From positions 5,472,001 through 5,536,000 of the forward strand of contig OZ242374.1 of assembly GCA_965209055.1 (NCBI GenBank): a stretch of 64,000 bases of DNA, in the 5' to 3' direction. This document shows, piece by piece, positions 1-9,523 of this stretch. Position numbers and translations under genes: made by a program. Under the pieces are notes generated by a model. It saw nothing but the letters and a program-made list of their open reading frames with translations. It had not been told where the DNA came from and made no database searches. The stretch's first letter is position 1; each line of letters starts with the position of its first letter. The stretch is from Acidobacteriota bacterium. Its GTDB lineage: Bacteria > Acidobacteriota > UBA6911 > RPQK01 > JAJDTT01.

Positions 1-177
1 GGCAACTGGGCCGACCTGGCCATCTTCGACCCCGAGGCCTTCACCGACTGCGGAACGACATTCCACCCGAACCAGGTCTGCCGGGGAATGGTCCACGTCC
101 TGGTCAACGGAACGCCGGTCCTGGAGTCGGGACGGCTGACCGGGGCCAGGCCGGGACAGGTTCTGCGCAGCGGGTAG
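1..177 (+). CDS. 3' end of an N-acyl-D-amino-acid deacylase (D-aminoacylase) family amidohydrolase, partial
   Basis: Frame 1 reads GNWADLAIFDPE...GMVHVLVNGTPVLESGRLTGARPGQVLRSG* (TAG 175-177). ADLxxFDP, VxVNG and TGxxPGxxLR are typical of the C-terminus of this family. The gene starts before the window. Confidence 0.8.
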   Translation, partial: GNWADLAIFDPEAFTDCGTTFHPNQVCRGMVHVLVNGTPVLESGRLTGARPGQVLRSG

Positions 178-214
178 GGCCGCCTCCGGCGCCGGTCGGT
201 CCCGGAAACCCGAT

Positions 215-2737
215 TCAGAACGACGTGAACCGGGAGTCGGGAAACGGCTCGATCAGTTCGTCCGCGGCGGGTTCCGCGTGGTGGATCTGGAAGGCGTAGA
301 GGTCTCCCTCCCGGAGATAGAACCGCAAGCGTACGGGACGGCCGGCCAACTCTGCCAGGTCTTCCCGATGCCTCCAACGGACCGGCTGTTGGACACCGTC
401 GAATCTGCCGAGAACGCAGTCCGCCTGAGTATACCCCTCAAGGGGATTTTCCTCGGCATCCAACACCTCCACCTTCAGGTCTCCGTGAGGCACCTGTGCG
501 TTGACCGTGAGGAGCCGGCCCTGGAAGACCAGGGGATGGGTGGTCAGGACCCCCACGTCCCTCTTGGCTCTCCGGGAGACGAATCCGTTGGTCCGGAACT
601 CGGCCAGACCGGGCCAGATCCGGTAGTCGGGGCTTCTGGCAAGGAACGACTCCGGCGTTTCTCCGGTGTTGGCGGTCAAATCCGCCCAGAATCGGCTCCT
701 GGCATCTTCAACCGTGCCATGAGTTCCCCGTCTCCAGCTCCAACCCGAGGGCATCAGAGACCAAGAGAAGCTCTTCGTCGAGGGCGGCGCCAGGTACGGA
801 CGTTCCACGAAAGTCTCGTCGGCAACCAGATCTTGAGCGTCCTTCCCGCCCATGCCGCTGTACAGGCCGGAGAGCTTTTCGCGAATCCAGGCGTGGAAGT
901 GGAGATAGTTGCCCCCGTGATAGAAAATCCGGGTTCGTTCGCCCTGCCGGTGCCAGCCGGTCGGCAGGTAGACGACACCCCAGTCGAAGGCCCCCGGGGG
1001 GCCGTTGGCCAGCCATGCCTGTTCTCCACCCGGCTGCTCCCAGTGGATGCCGTTGCGGCTCACCCAGAGCTGCAGATCCAAGTGCTGGGTGCGGACGTTG
1101 TAGCGGGGGAAGAACCCCACGTACGAGTCCCCCAGCCGCCGCACCCGGAAGCCGTAGTTATGGAGATTGGGATCGGAAACCTCGGGTACCCAGATGTAAC
1201 GGGCCTCCCAATTGATGCCGTCCCGGGTGACGTGGCGGGCTATAGTCCGGGCCTTGGTGGAGTTGTCGTACCGGATCCGGCCGCGCCCCCGGTTGGGCGG
1301 ACCCGGGGAGGTATAGGCCACGAACTCTCCGGTCTCACCGTCGTAGCCCATGGCCGCGGTAGTGTCGCCGGAGACGGACATGGTCTCGGTGCCGCCCTGT
1401 CCCAGCCCCAGCACAGGCGTGGGACTGGTGACGTAGCTCTTCCCGTCCTGGTCCCAGACCACCAGGTAGTAGCCTCGGCGCAGAGCCCAGCGATCGCTGG
1501 TCTGCTGGCCGGTGAAGAGCCACAGCCAGGCGCCGCGCAGGTCCGGGTTCCCCCGGCGCCTGTAATCCCAGACCCCGGAGAACACGGGAAAGAGATCCCC
1601 CGGTTGTGTCACGTTCAACCCGGCCAGGATGTTGTTGGCTCGCGAACCGTCAAACTCCACCCGGCCCAGGTCCGGCTTCGTCCAGGTGACAAGGTCCTGA
1701 GAGACGGCCAGCATGTGATAGCGGGTCTGGTCATAGTTGACGTGGCGGTAGGTCAACTCGTAGCGATTCTTCTCGTGATTGTAGCGGGCCGAGTTGTCCA
1801 ACAGGATGGAGTGGCCTTCGTAGGGGCGGTCGGGTGAGAGGATGGGTCCGTCCGTTACCTTTCGCGCCGGATGAAACACTTTCCGGAGACCGCGCGACTC
1901 GGCCACCAGGTAGTCGTCTACAAGAAGTTGCGGTCCATCGCCGATCTTGGCCGCATCGCCCACGCGCGGCGCCGGTCCGTTTCGAAACAGTTGCAGGGTT
2001 CTGACCACTCCGTCCGGCGACGCCACGCCGTCCCGCAGGAACCGGACACGGGCCCGGTAGGTTCCCGGCAGCAGGTCGTCCAGGGAAAACGTCACGCGCG
2101 TATTGCGCTGGGTCAGCGACACCTGAACAGGCTCGGCGACCCGTTGACCGGTCGCAGGCTCCACCAGGTCAACCACCGCCGGAAGTTCGTCAGCCAGGGC
2201 GCCCGGGAGCAGTTTCAGATCCAGGCCCGCTTCGGCGTCGTCGATGTACAGGAGCCGGTCCAGGTCGGCCCAGATCCATTCCTGGGGCGGAAGGCGAAAC
2301 AGGGTCTGGAAGACGGTTTTTTCCGCAACCGGATCCCGGCCTGAGATCCGGAGCGTGTACTCTCCGGGATAGAACTGCTTGGGCCGATGCACCCAGGGAC
2401 CATGTCCCAGCAGCGGACCGAGACCTAAGCTGACCCGGCGGGGACCGTCCGAGGCTTCAACGAACCGCTCCCGGCGAGTCGATCCTCCGTTGGGAAAGGT
2501 GAGATCGGCGCGAACCAGGAGCGCCGGCGACGGACCCAACTGGAATTGCACCGCGTGATCCAGATCCCCTTCGAACGCCAGGGAAAAGCCGGAGGCCAAC
2601 TCGGACGGTGGAGCCGCGCCCTCCAGATAGGAATCGAGCGGCACGCCGGCTTCGGCGGTCGGCAGGCCGAGTGCCGCAATCATCAAGCAGAGTGTCAAAC
2701 CCGGATTCAAAACTCCAAAGCCCGAAGAAGTTCCCAT
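215..2737 (-). CDS. Large secreted glycoside-hydrolase-like protein (five-bladed beta-propeller, GH32/GH43-like clan, function unknown)
   Basis: Signal-peptide-like LTLCLMIAALGLPTAEA; segments SQDLVTWTKPDLG, TRDGINW, SRNGIHW, GAFDWG; C-terminal LTTHPLVFQGRLLTVNA...VEVLD...GY...DC module seen in uncharacterised GH-like proteins. Start is 2737 (ATG) or 2794. Confidence 0.65.
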   Translation of the reverse strand: MGTSSGFGVLNPGLTLCLMIAALGLPTAEAGVPLDSYLEGAAPPSELASGFSLAFEGDLDHAVQFQLGPSPALLVRADLTFPNGGSTRRERFVEASDGPRRVSLGLGPLLGHGPWVHRPKQFYPGEYTLRISGRDPVAEKTVFQTLFRLPPQEWIWADLDRLLYIDDAEAGLDLKLLPGALADELPAVVDLVEPATGQRVAEPVQVSLTQRNTRVTFSLDDLLPGTYRARVRFLRDGVASPDGVVRTLQLFRNGPAPRVGDAAKIGDGPQLLVDDYLVAESRGLRKVFHPARKVTDGPILSPDRPYEGHSILLDNSARYNHEKNRYELTYRHVNYDQTRYHMLAVSQDLVTWTKPDLGRVEFDGSRANNILAGLNVTQPGDLFPVFSGVWDYRRRGNPDLRGAWLWLFTGQQTSDRWALRRGYYLVVWDQDGKSYVTSPTPVLGLGQGGTETMSVSGDTTAAMGYDGETGEFVAYTSPGPPNRGRGRIRYDNSTKARTIARHVTRDGINWEARYIWVPEVSDPNLHNYGFRVRRLGDSYVGFFPRYNVRTQHLDLQLWVSRNGIHWEQPGGEQAWLANGPPGAFDWGVVYLPTGWHRQGERTRIFYHGGNYLHFHAWIREKLSGLYSGMGGKDAQDLVADETFVERPYLAPPSTKSFSWSLMPSGWSWRRGTHGTVEDARSRFWADLTANTGETPESFLARSPDYRIWPGLAEFRTNGFVSRRAKRDVGVLTTHPLVFQGRLLTVNAQVPHGDLKVEVLDAEENPLEGYTQADCVLGRFDGVQQPVRWRHREDLAELAGRPVRLRFYLREGDLYAFQIHHAEPAADELIEPFPDSRFTSF

Positions 2738-2871
2738 TTTCGGCCCCCGATCTTCAGTGCCAATAATCTGTATCCGCCGGCTCCCCTTCGTCACCGTAGC
2801 CTATGAGCCGGCTTCAATCCATGCCCGCATTGTCTCTGGAACAGGGTCCAAACTACAATTTGAACCAGATC

Positions 2872-3537
2872 ATGCCAAGAGCGATCCTGCTGCTCCTGAC
2901 CGTGACAGCCGCCTGGGGCATTGCGGCAGCGTCGGTTGCACCCCAACTCATCCACTACACCGGCAAGATCGGTCACATCGTCCGGCTCCAGGACGGACGC
3001 CTGCTGACCCTCTACACGCTGGGTAGGGCGGACGAGGACAGTTCGCTCAACGGGCCCGAACAGCCGGCGTACGTTCGCTACTCCGGCGACCGGGGACACA
3101 GTTGGTCGAAAGCGAGGATCGCGTTTTCGTTCGCATCCGGGCGCGGGACCATGCCCACCTACCGGCAATCGGCGGGCCCCGACCTGCTCCTGGACCGGGA
3201 CGGAACCGTCCACTCGCTTGCCATCCGGTACTATCGCGGCCCCAAACGAGGCGACCCGACCGTGGTCGCGGTCTCGGAGCTTTTTCACAACAGGTCCCGC
3301 AACGGCGGCCGGACCTGGAGCCCGTCCAGGCTGATCGCCGGACCCTCCACACCGGAACCCGAAAACGTCCAGATGCGAAACCCGTTTTTGTGCCGGACCG
3401 GCGACGGGTCCGTTCTGCTCCGGTACCATCGCATCGAACGGACCCTCGGGACAACCCGGCGTGATCTGCTGCGCCTCGATCCCGAGTGGATCGCGGAGTC
3501 GAGCACCAAGCCGGGTCCGGTTCCGCGCGGTCGGTGA
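2872..3537 (+). CDS. Short secreted BNR/Asp-box (sialidase-like) protein
   Basis: Signal peptide MPRAILLLLTVTAAWGIAAA; Asp-boxes SGDRGHSWS and SRNGGRTWS; LQDGRLL blade motif; only about 220 aa. Confidence 0.65.
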   Translation: MPRAILLLLTVTAAWGIAAASVAPQLIHYTGKIGHIVRLQDGRLLTLYTLGRADEDSSLNGPEQPAYVRYSGDRGHSWSKARIAFSFASGRGTMPTYRQSAGPDLLLDRDGTVHSLAIRYYRGPKRGDPTVVAVSELFHNRSRNGGRTWSPSRLIAGPSTPEPENVQMRNPFLCRTGDGSVLLRYHRIERTLGTTRRDLLRLDPEWIAESSTKPGPVPRGR

Positions 3538-3601
3538 AGACCCGTAAAGGGACCAGACGGAACTCACGGCAGACGGCGTCATTGCAAGGGCGAGTTGAAC
3601 C

Positions 3602-5296
3602 ATGGAAAAGACGGCAGGCGCGGCAGTGATCGGCCGCAGCATCATGGGAGCCGGCACCGCCCGCTTCTTGGCCAGGAAGAGCGCCGGCAAGGTGGTCTTG
3701 CTGATGATCGGCCTGGTTGCGGCTCAGGGCTGCACCGCGGAGACGCCCGCCAAGCCGCCCAACATCGTCTTCATCCTGGCCGACGACATGGGGTATTCGG
3801 ACCTGGGATGCTACGGCGGCGAAATCGAGACGCCGAATCTGGACGCCCTTGCTGCGGGGGGACTGCGTTTCACCCAGTTCTACAACACGACCCGGTGCTG
3901 GCCGACCCGCGCGGCTCTGCTGACCGGATATTATGCCCAGCAGGTCCGGCGGGACGTGCTTCCCGGTCACTGCGGAGGAGGCGTCACCGTGCGTCCCGAG
4001 TGGGCACCGTTGCTGCCGGACCTGCTGGAACCGGCGGGCTATCGCAGCTACCACAGCGGCAAGTGGCACATCGACGGCAACGTCCTGGACGGCGGCTTCC
4101 ATCGCTCGCTGGACATGAGGAACGACGGCAACTTCTTCACCGCCGCAGGGAACGCCGTCGACGATCAACCGATCGAGCCGGCCGCAGACGAGACCGGGTA
4201 CTACGCCACCACCGCCACCGTTGACCACGCCCTCGACTGTCTCCGGGAGCATGCGGACGCCTACCCCGACCGGCCCTTCTTTCATTACATCGCGTTCATC
4301 GCGCCCCACTTTCCCCTCCACGCCCTGCCCCGGGACATCGCGCGGTACCGGGACCGGTACCTGGACGGCTGGGACGTCATGCGGCAGCAGCGGTATTCCC
4401 GGCAAAGAGAGATGGGACTGGTCAAAACGACCCTGTCGGACCTGGAGCGGGAGGTCGGACCCCCGTATCACTTTCCCGAAGCCCTCCATAAGCTGGGGGA
4501 GGGCGAGATCAACCGCCCGCTGCCGTGGGACGAGTTGACGGAGGAGCAGCGGCGGTTCCAGGCGACGAAGATGGCGATCCATGCGGCGATGGTGGATCGG
4601 ATGGATCGTGAGATCGGCCGCGTGATCGAGCAGCTCAAGGCCATGGGCGCCTTCCGGAACACGCTCATCTTCTTCGCCTCCGACAACGGCGCCAGCGCCG
4701 AGATCATGGTGCGTCATGGCGGTCACGATCCGGAGGCCCCTCCCGGGAGCGCGGCCACTTTTCTCTGTCTCGGCCCCGGTTTCTCCAGCGCCTCCAACAC
4801 TCCGTTCCGGCGCCACAAGACCTGGGTCCACGAAGGCGGCATCAGCACGCCGCTGGTGGTGCACTGGCCCGAGGGAATCCGGGCCCGCGGCGAGTTCCGG
4901 CACACTCCGGGTCACGTGATCGACATCGTCCCCACCATCCTGGACGCCATCGGCATCCGGAAACCGGCGGATCTGGGCGGCCAGCCCGTCCCCGACGCTC
5001 CCGGCCGAAGCCTCCTGGGCACTTTCTCTGAAGACACGGCCATCGATCGCGAATTCCTCTGGTGGCTGCACGAAGGGAATCGAGCCATTCGCGCCGGCGA
5101 TTGGAAGCTGGTCGCGTCGAAGGGAGATCCTTGGGAACTGTACGACCTGTCAACGGACCGTGCCGAGGCTCGAAACCTGGCTCAGGACGATCCCGGGAGA
5201 GTCAAGGAAATGGAAGCGATCTGGCAGCGCGAACTCGAGGCGATGAAGAGGGTGGCAGCCCACGCCACGCCGACCGAACCCGACCCTGCCAAGTGA
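3602..5296 (+). CDS. Arylsulfatase (Cys-type, formylglycine-dependent), probably an exported lipoprotein
   Basis: PNIVFILADDMG, CWPTRAALLTG (CxPxR), GKWH, APHFP, SDNG, HKTWVHEGG; hydrophobic N-terminus ending AAQGC. Confidence 0.93.
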   Translation: MEKTAGAAVIGRSIMGAGTARFLARKSAGKVVLLMIGLVAAQGCTAETPAKPPNIVFILADDMGYSDLGCYGGEIETPNLDALAAGGLRFTQFYNTTRCWPTRAALLTGYYAQQVRRDVLPGHCGGGVTVRPEWAPLLPDLLEPAGYRSYHSGKWHIDGNVLDGGFHRSLDMRNDGNFFTAAGNAVDDQPIEPAADETGYYATTATVDHALDCLREHADAYPDRPFFHYIAFIAPHFPLHALPRDIARYRDRYLDGWDVMRQQRYSRQREMGLVKTTLSDLEREVGPPYHFPEALHKLGEGEINRPLPWDELTEEQRRFQATKMAIHAAMVDRMDREIGRVIEQLKAMGAFRNTLIFFASDNGASAEIMVRHGGHDPEAPPGSAATFLCLGPGFSSASNTPFRRHKTWVHEGGISTPLVVHWPEGIRARGEFRHTPGHVIDIVPTILDAIGIRKPADLGGQPVPDAPGRSLLGTFSEDTAIDREFLWWLHEGNRAIRAGDWKLVASKGDPWELYDLSTDRAEARNLAQDDPGRVKEMEAIWQRELEAMKRVAAHATPTEPDPAK

Positions 5297-5380
5297 CACG
5301 TAGCCGTACGGCCGTCGTCGTCTTGACAGGAGACTTCCAGGCTGGTCTCGGAATGGACCCGGCTCTACCGATTCTATGTG

Positions 5381-6598
5381 TCAGAAGCTCCGGGCCGGGA
5401 CCATTTCATAGACCTTCTGGTGCAGGGCGATCTCGGCCTCTTCGAATCCTCCCCGGTGAATGACGAGGCGGTGGCGCAGATCCAGGGGCTGGCCCCGGGG
5501 CAGGTCCACGGGATGACGGCCGGGAAAGGCGACATTCTGCATCCCGTAGTGGCGCAGGAGCCATCTTGGCGGGAACTCGGGATAGCTGGGATGGGTCAGC
5601 ATTCCGAGGCCCGAAATCATGCCGCCCAGTCCGAACGTCCCGCTGTAATCGGCCCAGGGGCTGGACTCGCCGACCCGGTCCCCTGTCTGGATTCCCGACT
5701 GGTCGTGGATCCGGCCGTCCGGCGAGGCGTGGACCCGGACCGTGAAGCCGGAATATCCCCGTGGATTCTCCGAACCGCCGAGACGGATTCCATTCACCAG
5801 GGCCCGGAATCGAATGTGGAAGTCGATGACCTGGGAGTCCGGCGTGGATCGAAACACCTGGATCCGGACCCGCTCCCGGACCAGCGGAACCAATTCACCA
5901 GTGTCGTCCCTCTCTAGCGGGGAGGTCCAAAGTGCGGTCGCCTCCAGAACGGAGAACAGTGGTCCATTCAGGAATCGGACACTCTCCACTTCAGTCAGAA
6001 AGTCCTTCGTCAGCCATGGGTCGCCGGCCTTTTCGTCTCCGACCCAGAGCTGGTGCCAAGCCCAGAAGATCCCCCGGTGATGCAGATGGTCGCCGGGGAA
6101 GTCATGGGTCAGCACCCGTCCGTCGAGGCCGTACAGGGGATGAACGTAGCCGGCCCTCGCGTACCGTCCGTCCAGCGATCGGGGCGCCGACTGATAGAAG
6201 AGGACCGGGCGCTCTCCCTCGGAGACCAGGTATCCCTGGTCATCCGAGTCCATCCGGAAAGCCGGCGCGGCCTCTCCCGGATCCGGCTTGACCGAGTGAA
6301 TGCCGGCCGCGGGCAAATCGCCCATCAGCCACAGAATTCCGGTCTCAGGATCCGACTGAGCCGGCGTCCCGTTCGGGTTCGTCCCCGGTAGGGCAAAGAT
6401 ACGCCCCTGGGGAACCCGGCCCTCGAAGGCCGCCGCCACCGGGGAGGACCACCCTTCGGGAACGCCTTCGGGAACGCGGACTCTGGCGCCTGAGGGAAGC
6501 TCCTGACCCGGCCCAGCGCACCCGGCGAGCGGCCAGACCAGGAGAGCCAGCACGGCCACCCGCTTCAAACCCCGTCTCGGACTCTCGAATTCGCTCAT
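5381..6598 (-). CDS. DUF6807 / 'PmoA-family' putative lipoprotein
   Basis: Lipobox LAGC after a hydrophobic stretch; GYVHPLY...THDFPGDHLHHRGIFWAW signature; GYSGFTVR. Start placed at MSEFES (6598). Confidence 0.75.
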   Translation of the reverse strand: MSEFESPRRGLKRVAVLALLVWPLAGCAGPGQELPSGARVRVPEGVPEGWSSPVAAAFEGRVPQGRIFALPGTNPNGTPAQSDPETGILWLMGDLPAAGIHSVKPDPGEAAPAFRMDSDDQGYLVSEGERPVLFYQSAPRSLDGRYARAGYVHPLYGLDGRVLTHDFPGDHLHHRGIFWAWHQLWVGDEKAGDPWLTKDFLTEVESVRFLNGPLFSVLEATALWTSPLERDDTGELVPLVRERVRIQVFRSTPDSQVIDFHIRFRALVNGIRLGGSENPRGYSGFTVRVHASPDGRIHDQSGIQTGDRVGESSPWADYSGTFGLGGMISGLGMLTHPSYPEFPPRWLLRHYGMQNVAFPGRHPVDLPRGQPLDLRHRLVIHRGGFEEAEIALHQKVYEMVPARSF

Positions 6599-6746
6599 GA
6601 CGATTGCAACGGTATCTGTCCCGGCCTGCGGCGGCAAGACCGGCCCCGGCACTTCCCAATGAATCTTCTCCTCTGAGAGAATAGGCGCCCTCAAACGTGG
6701 TCGAAGGAACACCAATCGTAATTTCCCTGGGGAAGAGATCGAGAGC

Positions 6747-7799
6747 ATGAGCAACGAGAATTCCTTGATTCGAGTCGGCCTCGTCGGGGCCGGCGCCAAC
6801 ACACGCAGAAAACACATTCCCGGGTTCCAGGCCTGCCCCGGCGTGGAAGTCGTGACGGTAGCCAATCGGAGTCTCGAGTCCTCCCGAAGCGTGGCTCAAG
6901 ACTTCGGCATCCCCAGGACCAGCGATTCCTGGCAGGAAGTGGTTCGGGACCCGGAGGTGGACGCCGTCTGCATCGGCACCTGGCCCTACCTGCACCGGGA
7001 GGTCACCTGCGCCGCATTGGAGGCGGGAAAGCATGTCCTCTGCGAGGCCCGCATGGCCATGGACCTGGGCGATGCCCGGGCCATGCTCCAGGCTTCCCGT
7101 GAGCATCCCGAACAGGTGGCCCAAGTGGTTCCCACGCCCCTGGGCCTGCCTTACCACCGGGCCGTCCGGGAGTTCATCGACTCCGGCGGGCTGGGGAGAA
7201 TGCTCGCCGTGGAGGTCCGGGACGTCTTCTCCGATCTGCTCCAACCGGACGCGCCGTTGAGATGGAGACAGCGCCTGGAGCTGGCCGGATACAACTACGT
7301 GACCCTGGGGCAGTGGTGGGAGACGCTGCTTCTATGGGTCGGACCCGTTTCCTGGCTGGACGCGGCAGGCCGGATCGTTGTCGCCTCCAAGGACGACCCG
7401 GAAACCGGGGAAACGGTGCAGGTTCAGCTTCCGGACCATATCACCGTCCTGGCGGAATTCGAGAACGGGGCCGTGGGCACCATTCTGTCCAGCGCCGTGA
7501 CCGGCAATGTGCCGGAGTCGACGCTGCTCGTGCACGGTGACCGGGGCACTCTGAAATACGACGCCCTGACGGATACCCTCTGGTGGAGCGAAGGCCACAG
7601 TGGCAGCTACTCAAAGATGCCCGTGGACCCGGATCTGGTCGGCGGTTGGAGAGCCGAAGAGGAATTCATCAACGCGGTGAGGGGCCGGGAGCGAGTCCGT
7701 TACATCGATTTCGCGACCGGAGTCCGCTACATGGAGCTGAGCCAGGCCGCGCACGTCAGTTGGGCCGAAGGACGGCGGGTCAGCCTTCCCCTGCCCTGA
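6747..7799 (+). CDS. Gfo/Idh/MocA family oxidoreductase
   Basis: Rossmann IRVGLVGAG; DAVCIGTWPYLH; AGKHVLCEARMA. Confidence 0.92.
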   Translation: MSNENSLIRVGLVGAGANTRRKHIPGFQACPGVEVVTVANRSLESSRSVAQDFGIPRTSDSWQEVVRDPEVDAVCIGTWPYLHREVTCAALEAGKHVLCEARMAMDLGDARAMLQASREHPEQVAQVVPTPLGLPYHRAVREFIDSGGLGRMLAVEVRDVFSDLLQPDAPLRWRQRLELAGYNYVTLGQWWETLLLWVGPVSWLDAAGRIVVASKDDPETGETVQVQLPDHITVLAEFENGAVGTILSSAVTGNVPESTLLVHGDRGTLKYDALTDTLWWSEGHSGSYSKMPVDPDLVGGWRAEEEFINAVRGRERVRYIDFATGVRYMELSQAAHVSWAEGRRVSLPLP

Positions 7800-7808
7800 T
7801 TTCCGGTT

Positions 7809-9074
7809 TCACGCCCGGGTCAACTCCCGAAGTACTGAGAGGGTGCGGTCGATCTCGGCTCGAGTATTGAAGAAGTGGGTGGCGATCCGGACCGCGTCGT
7901 GTCCGTCCCGGACATGGTCGTCCACCCCGATGCCCCGTTCCTGAAGTCCAGCCCTCAGCTTCATCCCGCCATGTCCCGGAACCTCGAAGATGGTGATGCC
8001 CGGTGAGGACAGACCGGGCGACCGGGAACTGATCAATCGGACGGGGGACAGACTGGCCAGCCGGTCTTTCAGCATGTCGGCCAACCCGCGGTTTCGTGCC
8101 CCGATCCGTTCCAGGCCGATTTTCCGGAGAAAAGCGATGGCGTCGCCGAGGCTGGCGCGGACCGAATACCCGAAAGTTCCGGGCATCTGAAAGCGGCGGG
8201 CGTCCGCGGGCTCCTCCAACGCGAGCCCGGGAGAGAATTCGCCCTGGACGTCCCGCCGGACATAGAGCACGCCGGTTCCCGCCGGCGCCAGAACCCACTT
8301 GTGAAGGCTGGCCGCAAAGAAGTCGCACCCCAGATCCCGGAGATCGACCGGCATCATCCCCACCGCCTGGGCTCCGTCCACGGCCGAGAGGACCCCCCTC
8401 TCCCGGGCCAACGCGCAGAGTTCCTTGACCGGATTGAGCAGGCCGCCGCGCGTGACCTGGCAGAAGAACAGGGCCCGGGTCCTGGGCGTGAAGCGCGCGC
8501 TGATCCGCTCCAGGATCTCTTCCTTGGACGGAAGAGGACTGGGCATGGGGATCTCGTGCACCACGATCCCTTCCCTTTGGGCCCGGCGCCTCCAGGGCCG
8601 AATCCCGGCCGGGTGCTCGTGGCTCGTGGTCACCACCTCGTCTCCCCGTTTCAGGGGAATCCCTGCGGCGATGCTCTGCAGACCCTGGCTGGCGTTCTGG
8701 GTGATGGCCACTTCCCGGGAATCCACCCCGAGAAACCCGGCCAGAGAGGGACGGACCTGTTCGATGATCCGGTGGCTCAGACGTTCCTTGGCGCCCACCG
8801 GGTCTGTGGCCATGGACCGCCGGTTCCGGGTCAGAGCGTCCACCACCGGCGCCGGAGGGACGCCGATACTGGCGCAGTTCAGGTAGATCGCGCCCGGCTT
8901 CAACAGGAACTGCTTCCGGACGCGGGACCAGTCCGGTTCGGCATCGCTCCGAGGTTCGCCGCCGGCCAGCACCGAACTCCCGGCCAGCACCGCCACCGTC
9001 CCTTCCAGGAATCGTCTGCGGCTGGCGGTGCCCGTTCGAGCCGAACCCCGTTCCTTGCCCACTCGCACCTCCAT
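7809..9074 (-). CDS. Class V PLP-dependent aminotransferase-fold enzyme (isopenicillin N epimerase-like) with Tat signal
   Basis: SRRRFLEG twin-arginine motif plus hydrophobic segment; YLNCAS, HEHP, VDGAQAVG, ASLHKW (PLP Lys). Start placed at 9074. Confidence 0.88.
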   Translation of the reverse strand: MEVRVGKERGSARTGTASRRRFLEGTVAVLAGSSVLAGGEPRSDAEPDWSRVRKQFLLKPGAIYLNCASIGVPPAPVVDALTRNRRSMATDPVGAKERLSHRIIEQVRPSLAGFLGVDSREVAITQNASQGLQSIAAGIPLKRGDEVVTTSHEHPAGIRPWRRRAQREGIVVHEIPMPSPLPSKEEILERISARFTPRTRALFFCQVTRGGLLNPVKELCALARERGVLSAVDGAQAVGMMPVDLRDLGCDFFAASLHKWVLAPAGTGVLYVRRDVQGEFSPGLALEEPADARRFQMPGTFGYSVRASLGDAIAFLRKIGLERIGARNRGLADMLKDRLASLSPVRLISSRSPGLSSPGITIFEVPGHGGMKLRAGLQERGIGVDDHVRDGHDAVRIATHFFNTRAEIDRTLSVLRELTRA

Positions 9075-9100
9075 CGATCGGAAAGAACCGATTCGGACGC

Positions 9101-9523
9101 TCAGGTCTCGACCTTCAGGAGCTTGATCTCCAGGACTTCCCGGTTCAGTTCCAGGAACTTCACCTCGATCTGGAAGCCCGGCTTCAGGTCCTGCCACGAC
9201 GCCTTCTTCTTGCCCAGTGCTTTCCGGACCTTCCTGGAGGTCTTCACCTTGGCGCTCTCGGGGAAAAAGAGCGCGAAGGAAGTGCCCTCCTTGCGGTCCA
9301 GCACGGTGAGACTCATCCGTTCGTGGCTGATCCCGATCAACATGCCCTTGACCGTGCGGGTGGGATTGAAATCGGAGCGACGCTCAGCCCGGTAGGGCGG
9401 AGGGACCGGCGAGCCCACATCCTGGGCCAGGACCCACTCCGAGCCGGAGGAGACCAGGCACAGGCAGGCGCCGGCGGCAAGCTGCCACCACCGGAAATTA
9501 CCAGTAAGCCATCGCATCTTCAT
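9101..9523 (-). CDS. Hypothetical small secreted basic protein (possible OB-fold)
   Basis: Signal-like N-terminus (WWQLAAGACLCLVSS...VLA); DLKPGFQIEVKF resembles small OB-fold exported proteins; overlaps the stop of the upstream gene. Confidence 0.65.
   Translation of the reverse strand: MKMRWLTGNFRWWQLAAGACLCLVSSGSEWVLAQDVGSPVPPPYRAERRSDFNPTRTVKGMLIGISHERMSLTVLDRKEGTSFALFFPESAKVKTSRKVRKALGKKKASWQDLKPGFQIEVKFLELNREVLEIKLLKVET

Noticed and set aside
5324-5350. TTGACA and a small GAGAC...GTCTC hairpin between convergent genes
   Set aside because: There is no matching -10 box and no downstream gene on that strand.
5381-6598. 'PmoA' family label suggesting methane oxidation
   Set aside because: This is a soluble lipoprotein-type DUF6807 protein, not a multi-TM pMMO subunit, and there is no pmoB or pmoC.
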